Below, piece by piece: positions 35,764-43,263 of a stretch of DNA of 43,263 nt (position 1 is the stretch's first letter; each line of letters begins with the position of its first letter). Source of the DNA: Octopus bimaculoides (Eukaryota); contig NC_068988.1 of NCBI RefSeq assembly GCF_001194135.2, positions 20,393,112-20,436,374 of the forward strand. Direction: 5' to 3'. The notes beneath the pieces were generated by a model. The model was not told where the DNA came from and searched no databases. It was given only the letters and a program-made list of their open reading frames with translations. The translations under genes and the position numbers were made by a program.

Positions 35764-36907
35764 GTCCGGCATCATAACTTCCCACCACTCCCCCACTTGT
35801 GCACTTTTAAAAGTGATCGATGGATTACTGTTACCATAGCAGACATTAACTAGAAACAAAAGCAACAATTCTTGGTTTGTACTATTGTCACTATTATTGC
35901 TGCTGCAGCTGCCACTGTTGCTGCTGCCACTGTTGCTGCTGCCGTTGCTACGGCAATTGTTGTTCTTTTTGTTGTTTATCCATAAGTCAGATCGATCGTA
36001 ATCCAACCGAGACCATATCGTCTTTTCTCTTCTTTTCCCTTAGTGTATCTCCGACACATTATCCAATGTTTAGTGCCCTTTTTCCTAACGATGGTTCAAT
36101 GGTTTGATATGTGGAAGACTTGGCTACCATTTCTAGCATATTAAATGAGTACAAAGAGACTCCTTCATTGGCTTCGGTTTCTGTTTCTTTTCTCGTTTCA
36201 ATTTCTATTGTTATCTTCGTTGTTGCTGCTGCTGCTGTTGTTGTTGTGGTTGTTGTTGTTGTTGGTGGTGGTGGTGGTGGTGTTGGTGGTGGTGGTGGTG
36301 GTGTTGNNNNNNNNNNNNNNNNNNNNNNNNNNNNNNNNNNNNNNNNNNNNNNNNNNNNNNNNNNNNNNNNNNNNNNNNNNNNNNNNNNNNNNNNNNNNNN
36401 NNNNNNNNNNNNNNNNNNNNNNNNNNNNNNNNNNNNNNNNNNNNNNNNNNNNNNNNNNNNNNNNNNNNNNNNNNNNNNNNNNNNNNNNNNNNNNNNNNNN
36501 NNNNNNNNNNNNNNNNNNNNNNNNNNNNNNNNNNNNNNNNNNNNNNNNNNNNNNNNNNNNNNNNNNNNNNNNNNNNNNNNNNNNNNNNNNNNNNNNNNNN
36601 NNNNNNNNNNNNNNNNNNNNNNNNNNNNNNNNNNNNNNNNNNNNNNNNNNNNNNNNNNNNNNNNNNNNNNNNNNNNNNNNNNNNNNNNNNNNNNNNNNNN
36701 NNNNNNNNNNNNNNNNNNNNNNNNNNNNNNNNNNNNNNNNNNNNNNNNNNNNNNNNNNNNNNNNNNNNNNNNNNNNNNNNNNNNNNNNNNNNNNNNNNNN
36801 NNNNNNNNNNNNNNNNNNNNNNNNNNNNNNNNNNNNNNNNNNNNNNNNNNNNNNNNNNNNNNNNNNNNNNNNNNNNNNNNNNNNNNNNNNNNNNNNNNNN
36901 NNNNNNN

Positions 36908-37202
36908 TTTATTGAGCGAAAACACCTAAAGCTCCACGAGGCTCCGGCAGGGGATGGTGGCGAACCCTGCTGTACTATCTCACCACAACTTTCTCTCACT
37001 CTTTCTTCCTGTTTCTGTTGTGCCTGTAATTCAAAGGGTCAGCCTTGTCACAGTGTGTCACACTGAATATCCCCGAGAACTACGTTAAGGGTACACGTGT
37101 CTGTGGAGAGCTCAGCCGCTTGCATGTTAATTTCACGAGCAGGCTGTTCCATTGATCGGATCAACTGGAGCCCTCGACGTCGTAAGCGACGGAGTGCCAT
37201 CA
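36908..37202 (+). mobile_element. SINE family C with complete 3' tail (head in gap)
   Basis: Reverse-complement match to 13618-13850, extending through GCAGGCTGTTCC...CGACGGAGTGCCA. Confidence 0.92.
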
Positions 37203-37571
37203 AAAAAACTACAGTTGATTGTACTGTCGGTGTTTGTTGCTGTTCAAATTTTGCATGTTAAAAAGGCGACGAGGAAACAGAACAGACACCGTGCTGAGCA
37301 ATATTTGGCACTTGAAAACTGAAAGAAGCCCATCTTATATATTTGTAAAGAATAAAAAGTTTAGAAAGGTATAACAATGCACTATAGAACAAAAAATGGA
37401 CTATATACCTGTTGTAACTTGGTTATCCGATGATATTTCGGAATTAGAATTCCTTCTTATTTGCTGGAGTCTATATACCTATGTGTGTGTGTCTGCGTTT
37501 GTCACATCCCCCTCCATCATCACTTGACTAAAACAATTCATATCTCACTGGGAGCAAAAGTTGTATTTCGT

Positions 37572-38080
37572 GTCTTAAGGTTGTGAGTTGAAATTCCGCC
37601 GAGGTTGACTTTGCTTTTCATCGTGGTCGATAAAATAAGTAACAGCTGAGCACTGATGTCGATCAAATACCCCGAAATTGCTGGCCTTGAGCTGAAATTT
37701 GAAACTATATTATATGCTAAAGCAGCGAGCTAGCAAAATTGTCAGCACGCTGGGCAAAATGCTCGGTGGCATTTTCGATTTTTCGATGTTGATAAAATAA
37801 GTACCATTTAAGTCCTGGAATCGATGTAATTAACTAGCTTGTCCCTCAATATTTTTGTCCTTGCGCCTGCAGTAGAAAATTATAGCGGTTTGAAATTTAG
37901 GTACAAGGTCTGAAATTACTGGTGAGCGGAAATGTCGACTACGTTGACTCCAACTCAGCAGGTTCATATTTTATCAATTCCGAAAGAAAGTAAGTCAAAG
38001 TTGACCTCGGTGGCATTTGAACTCAGAATATAGAAACGGACGAAACACCGCTAAGCATTTTGCCCGGCGTGCAAACGATT
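37572..38080. mobile_element. Cluster of three old SINE B-related fragments (two plus: ~37572-37705 and ~37718-37880; one minus: ~37885-38080)
   Basis: GAGTTGAAATTCCGCCGAGGTTGACTTTGC; GCGAGCTAGCAAAATTGTCAGCACGCTGGGCAAAATGCT; AAAGTTGACCTCGGTGGCATTTGAACTCAGAA. Confidence 0.75.
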
Positions 38081-39110
38081 CTTTTCTACTCTAGGCACAA
38101 GGCACGAAATTTTGGGGGAGGGAGGCAGTCGATTAGATTGACTACGCAACTGATACTTAATTTATCGACCCCGAAAGGATGAAAGGCAAAGTCGACCTCG
38201 ACGGAATTTGAACTCAAAACGTAAAGAAGACGAAATACCTATTTCTTTATTGCCCACAAGGGGCTAAACATAGAGGGGACAAACAAGGACAGACAAACGG
38301 ATTAAGTCGATTACATCGACCCCAGTGCGTAAATGGTACTTAATTTATCGACCTCCGAAAGGATGAAAGGCAAAGTCGACCTCGGTGGAATTTGAACTCA
38401 GACCGTAACGGCAGACGAATNNNNNNNNNNNNNNNNNNNNNNNNNNNNNNNNNNNNNNNNNNNNNNNNNNNNNNNNNNNNNNNNNNNNNNNNNNNNNNNN
38501 NNNNNNNNNNNNNNNNNNNNNNNNNNNNNNNNNNNNNNNNNNNNNNNNNNNNNNNNNNNNNNNNNNNNNNNNNNNNNNNNNNNNNNNNNNNNNNNNNNNN
38601 NNNNNNNNNNNNNNNNNNNNNNNNNNNNNNNNNNNNNNNNNNNNNNNNNNNNNNNNNNNNNNNNNNNNNNNNNNNNNNNNNNNNNNNNNNNNNNNNNNNN
38701 NNNNNNNNNNNNNNNNNNNNNNNNNNNNNNNNNNNNNNNNNNNNNNNNNNNNNNNNNNNNNNNNNNNNNNNNNNNNNNNNNNNNGTAAATGGTACTTAAT
38801 TTATCGACATCCGAAAGGATGAAAGGCAAAGTCGACCTCGGCGGAATTTGAACTCAGAACGTAAAGAAGACGAAATACCTATTTCTTTATTGCCCACAAG
38901 GGGCTAAACATAGAGGGCACAAACAAGGACAGACAAACGGATTAAGTCGATTACATCGACCCCAGTGCGTAAATGGTACTTAATTTATCGACCTCCGAAA
39001 GGATGAAAGGCAAAGTCGACCTCGGTGGAATTTGAACTCAGACCGTAACGGCAGACGAATACCGATCAGCACTTCGCTCGGCGTGCTAACGATTCTGCCA
39101 GCTCTCCATC
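38081..39110 (-). mobile_element. Head-to-tail array of SINE B units (at least four partial or complete units, spanning a gap)
   Basis: The block GAAAGGATGAAAGGCAAAGTCGACCTC occurs at ~38172, ~38357, ~38813 and ~38997. Junction GACGAAATACC|TATTTCTTTATTGCCC at 38240 and 38880. Confidence 0.9.
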
Positions 39111-39630
39111 TTGTAGAAGCAAATTATATTACATATTGTTAATGCTGTTGTTGTTATTGCAGCCGTTGTTGATATGGATGTAGTAGTTGTTGTTAGTGTT
39201 CTACGTAGTGCGTATATTGCCACTCTTGCTTCTGGTGAAGTTATATTTGTTGTAGCTGTTGTTGTTGTTGTTTTTTATATTGATTGTTTCATTGTTTCTA
39301 CTGAAGTTATTCGTGGAGGGATTGTTGTTGATATTGTTGTTATTGTTGATGCTGTTTTTGTGGCTGTTGTTGATGTTGCTGCTGCTGTTGCTCTTACTAA
39401 TGTCGCTATTGAGACTTGGATGTGTTTAATGGTAATGGAGTATGTCATGAATGTGAGAAGTGTTCTGATGATTGCTGGTAACAATGGCGCTGGCTGCAGC
39501 AATGTGTTTTAAAGATGGTGGTGGAGGTTGTGGTGGTAGTGGTTACGACGATCATCATGATCGTGATTATGATCATGCTGATGATAATGACGATGACGAC
39601 GATGATGATGATGATGTTGATTGATAATAA

Positions 39631-40046
39631 GGAGTGGCTGTGTGGTAATTAGCTTGCTTACTAACCACATGGTTCTGGGTTCAGTCCCACTGCGTGGCAC
39701 CTTGGGCGAGTGTCTTCTACTATAGCTTCGGGCCGACCAAAGCCTTGTGAGTGGATTTGGTAGACGGAAAACTGAAAGAAGCCCGTCGTATATATATGTA
39801 TGTGTGTAGGTGTGGGTGTGTGTGCATGTTTGTGTGTCTGTGTTTGTCCCCCCAACATCGCTTGACAACCGATGCTGGCGTGTTTACGTCCCCGTAACTT
39901 AGCGGTTCGTCAAAAGAGACTGGTAGAATAAGTACTAGGCTTCCAAAGAATAAGTCCTGGTGTCGATTTGCTCGACTAAAGGCGGTGCTCTAGCATGGCC
40001 CCAGTCAAATGATTGAAACAAGTAAAAGAGTAAAAAAAAAAAGAGT
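39631..40046 (+). mobile_element. SINE family A, full length, probable 7-bp TSD
   Basis: A box at 39635, B box GGGTTCAGTCCC at 39677-39688, tail TAAAAGAG. ATAATAA at 39624-39630 and 40047-40053. Confidence 0.93.
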
Positions 40047-40703
40047 ATAATAANNNNNNNNNNNNNNNNNNNNNNNNNNNNNNNNNNNNNNNNNNNNNNN
40101 NNNNNNNNNNNNNNNNNNNNNNNNNNNNNNNNNNNNNNNNNNNNNNNNNNNNNNNNNNNNNNNNNNNNNNNNNNNNNNNNNNNNNNNNNNNNNNNNNNNN
40201 NNNNNNNNNNNNNNNNNNNNNNNNNNNNNNNNNNNNNNNNNNNNNNNNNNNNNNNNNNNNNNNNNNNNNNNNNNNNNNNNNNNNNNNNNNNNNNNNNNNN
40301 NNNNNNNNNNNNNNNNNNNNNNNNNNNNNNNNNNNNNNNNNNNNNNNNNNNNNNNNNNNNNNNNNNNNNNNNNNNNNNNNNNNNNNNNNNNNNNNNNNNN
40401 NNNNNNNNNNNNNNNNNNNNNNNNNNNNNNNNNNNNNNNNNNNNNNNNNNNNNNNNNNNNNNNNNNNNNNNNNNNNNNNNNNNNNNNNNNNNNNNNNNNN
40501 NNNNNNNNNNNNNNNNNNNNNNNNNNNNNNNNNNNNNNNTATACATATATATATGAACGTAAACAAACAAACGAAGTTTGCTTTCAGAAGCTTTGAGGTG
40601 TCTTAGAAAGTTAAGGAAGTGATTTTAAATCCTCAAACGCAGGATAATGCTAATAATATAGCCTGAACAGGATAAACTACCCCTATTTTGCAGAAAAAGT
40701 GTA

Positions 40704-40747
40704 GGCGGCCAGCCATGAGACTCGAACTCACACCTCGTGATTACGCG
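40704..40747 (-). other. tRNA-like 3' half fragment (pseudogene or SINE head remnant)
   Basis: Minus strand TAATCACGAGGTGTGAGTTCGAGTCTCA resembles an anticodon arm, variable loop and T arm. No acceptor or D arm is present. Confidence 0.4.
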
Positions 40748-40774
40748 TATATATATAAATACATTATGTTCTTG

Positions 40775-41050
40775 TAATTGTTTCAGTTATTAAACTGTGG
40801 ACATACTGGGGAACTGCCTTGAAGATTTTTGTCAAATAAATTGGCCCTAGAACTCTTTTTAAAGCTTGCTAATTATTCTTGTTGTCTCTTTTTGTCGAAC
40901 CGCTATTTATGAGGACGTGAACGAAAAAAAAACTAATACCGGTTGTCAACCAGTGGTGGGGAATAAGGAGATAGACAGACACACCGAAACACACACACAC
41001 ACACACACACACACTCCAATATGTGTGTGTGTGTATATATTTATATATAT
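40775..41050 (-). mobile_element. Divergent SINE A-related 3' half
   Basis: TGTTTCAGTTATT, CTGCCTTGAAG, TTTTGTCGAACCGCT and CCGGTTGTCAA, followed by (CA)n. Confidence 0.65.
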
Positions 41051-41530
41051 ATATAAAACAAATAATAAATGAGTATATGCATATATAGGTACAGATATGT
41101 GCATACCTACGTCTACCTGTATATATAGGTGCATATCTGGGTACAGGACATTGCAAACAAAACGTAGACAAAAAAATAATAATAACCAGTGTACAGAACA
41201 CACACAGGCCACAGAGAGAACATTTTCCTTCATCAGCTACCCCCATTCTAACACAGGCGTTTCGAAGAGTTGGACAGGACGCATCGTTAAAACGGCTCTT
41301 CCCATGGACCGCAAATTAAATTTGCATACACAANNNNNNNNNNNNNNNNNNNNNNNNNNNNNNNNNNNNNNNNNNNNNNNNNNNNNNNNNNNNNNNNNNN
41401 NNNNNNNNNNNNNNNNNNNNNNNNNNNNNNNNNNNNNNNNNNNNNNNNNNNNNNNNNNNNNNNNNNNNNNNNNNNNNNNNNNNNNNNNNNNNNNNNNNNN
41501 NNNNNNNNNNNNNNTATATATATATATATA

Positions 41531-41669
41531 TCTTTCAGTTTCCGTCTATCAATTTCACTGACATTATTTCATCGGGTCAGGGCTATAGACGAAGACAATC
41601 GCCCAAGGTAGTGAGAGACTGAACTCGTAACCATGTGGTTGAGAACCAAACATCTTACCACACAGCCAC
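41531..41669 (-). mobile_element. Divergent SINE A 5' half
   Basis: CTTTCAGTTTCCGTCTA...GGCTATAGACGAAGAC...CCATGTGGTT...CTTACCACACAGCCAC. Confidence 0.8.
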
Positions 41670-42345
41670 ATCAGAATATATGTGTGCGTGCTTGCGCGCG
41701 TGCGTATTTGTCAGTGACAGTAAGGTAGAGAAGTGTATAAAAGATTAAGAACCTTCCACTAATCAGCGAAAACCAAATTCAGCTACATCGTCATTCCTGT
41801 TCTCTCTTGCCTGGTAATGTGATGATATAAATATGGACCAAGGGAGACAGAGGTGGGATCGATGATATCGAAACATCGGTGTGAGTGTTAGTGCTGCTGC
41901 TTCTAATGGCGTTGCTGCTGTCACTGCTGATTGTTTGTCACTAATAGCTCCATTGTTTCCAACGCTATTTTGAAATAATTCAGTCACTTAGGCTGCTTGC
42001 CACGTAGTTAAGACTTTAAGGGAGTGGCTGTGTGTGTGTGTGATGTATCGCTTTGCCTAAAATGATATATGTCTCTGTTTCTATAGACACCGGCAATATT
42101 TGACCCCACTTCCCCTTCATGTACAGAGGAAAGAAGGAGGAGTAGATGAAAGGGGAAGAAAAGAGAAGGGGAGAAGAAGGAGTAATAATTGAGTAACTCA
42201 AACTTATTATTTTACTGGTATTTATTGTAGGTGCTTCCTTGGCTTGCAGAATGATTTATTGACTTCAGTCAGTCAATCTATCTATTTATCTATCTATCTA
42301 TCCATCTATCCATCCATCTATCTATTCTTCAAACGTATGTTCGTA

Positions 42346-42742
42346 TACTCTTTTACTTGTTTCAGTCATTTGACTGTGGCCACGCTGGAGCACCGCCTTT
42401 AGTCGAGCAAATCGACCCCAGGACTTATTCTTTGGAAGCCTAGTACGTATTCTATCGGTCTATTTTGCCGAACCGCTAAGTTACGGGGACGTAAACACAC
42501 CACCATCGGTTGTCAAGTGATGCTGGGGGGACAAACACAGACACACAAACATATACACACGCATACATACATGTATATATATACATATATACGACGGACT
42601 TCTTCAGTTTCCGTCTACCAAATCCACTCACAAGGCTTTGGTCGACCCGAGGCTATAGTAGAAGACACTAGCCTAAGGTGCCACGCAGTGGGAATGAATC
42701 CGGAACCATGTGGTTGGGAAGCAAGCTACTTACCACAAAGCC
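42346..42742 (-). mobile_element. SINE family A, near full length, flanked by a ~49-bp direct duplication
   Basis: Colinear with 1775-2240; flanks 42299-42347 and 42743-42791 are 45/49 identical. Confidence 0.93.
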
Positions 42743-42891
42743 TATCTATCCATCCATCCATCTATCTATTCTTCAAATATATGTTCGTATATATGTATGC
42801 CTGTATTTTTGAACGCACAACGGTATATATTGTAATCCTACACACACACATATATATATAAATATATTCATATACATGTATATATGTCTGT

Positions 42892-42968
42892 GAGATTGTA
42901 TAGTAAGAAGTTTGCTTCCCAACCAAATTGTTCTGGGTTCAGTCCTACTACATGGCACATGGGAGTCA
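42892..42968 (+). mobile_element. Degenerate SINE A head fragment
   Basis: GTTTGCTTCCCAACCAAATTGTTCTGGGTTCAGTCCTACTACATGGCAC. Confidence 0.7.
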
Positions 42969-43263
42969 TTAATTAAGAACTACAAGAGATTGGTTGAAGT
43001 GGAACTGAATAATGGTTATGCTACGAAGTATTAAATCAGAATTATCAGTTATTTATGTTCTGTACGAATACTTTTTTCACCCCCTAAATATTTATAATTG
43101 TATATAAATTCATTAGTTACTATAATTTATTAGTTTTTTTTTGTTTTTTTTTTTGCATATTCTTAGTTTGTGCATGTTTATGCAAATATAGTATTGGTAT
43201 ATCCCATTTATGTTCATTTGAAATTAAATAAATAAAGAATTTTTGACATGTACGAATATTTAT

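Noticed and set aside
39174-39512. 112-aa Val-rich ORF
   Set aside because: Degenerate (GTT)n low-complexity sequence.
41763-41987. 74-aa minus-strand ORF TELFQNSVGNNGAISDKQ...
   Set aside because: Non-ATG start, partly (GCA)-rich, weak splice context and no recognisable domain.
1-43263. CRISPR arrays, rRNA, intact tRNA genes, prokaryotic operons
   Set aside because: None seen; the tRNA-like sequences are SINE heads and the recurring repeats are SINEs or satellites.

Overview
Repeat-saturated, AT-rich eukaryotic DNA from a gapped short-read scaffold; most of the ~20 N-gaps abut microsatellites. The SINE families and repeat landscape look like an Octopus/cephalopod genome (my inference, not verifiable here). 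Most listed ORFs are microsatellite or N-gap artefacts, and no complete gene, rRNA, intact tRNA or CRISPR array is supported. Supported content: four tRNA-derived SINE families (labelled A-D here, about 20 copies or fragments), three decayed Tc1/mariner relics, an R4/Dong-type LINE RT fragment, a ~740 bp MITE with long TIRs and a telomere-like core, a Helentron/HINE-like fragment, and many micro/minisatellites. Leads worth testing, all hypotheses: (1) a 132-aa minus-strand ORF with ordered voltage-sensor-like motifs that stops at UAG just after S4; (2) four loci carrying hammerhead-ribozyme core motifs in degenerate or permuted form; (3) head-to-tail SINE multimers joined by an inverted-repeat junction; (4) several candidate exons with plausible splice signals.
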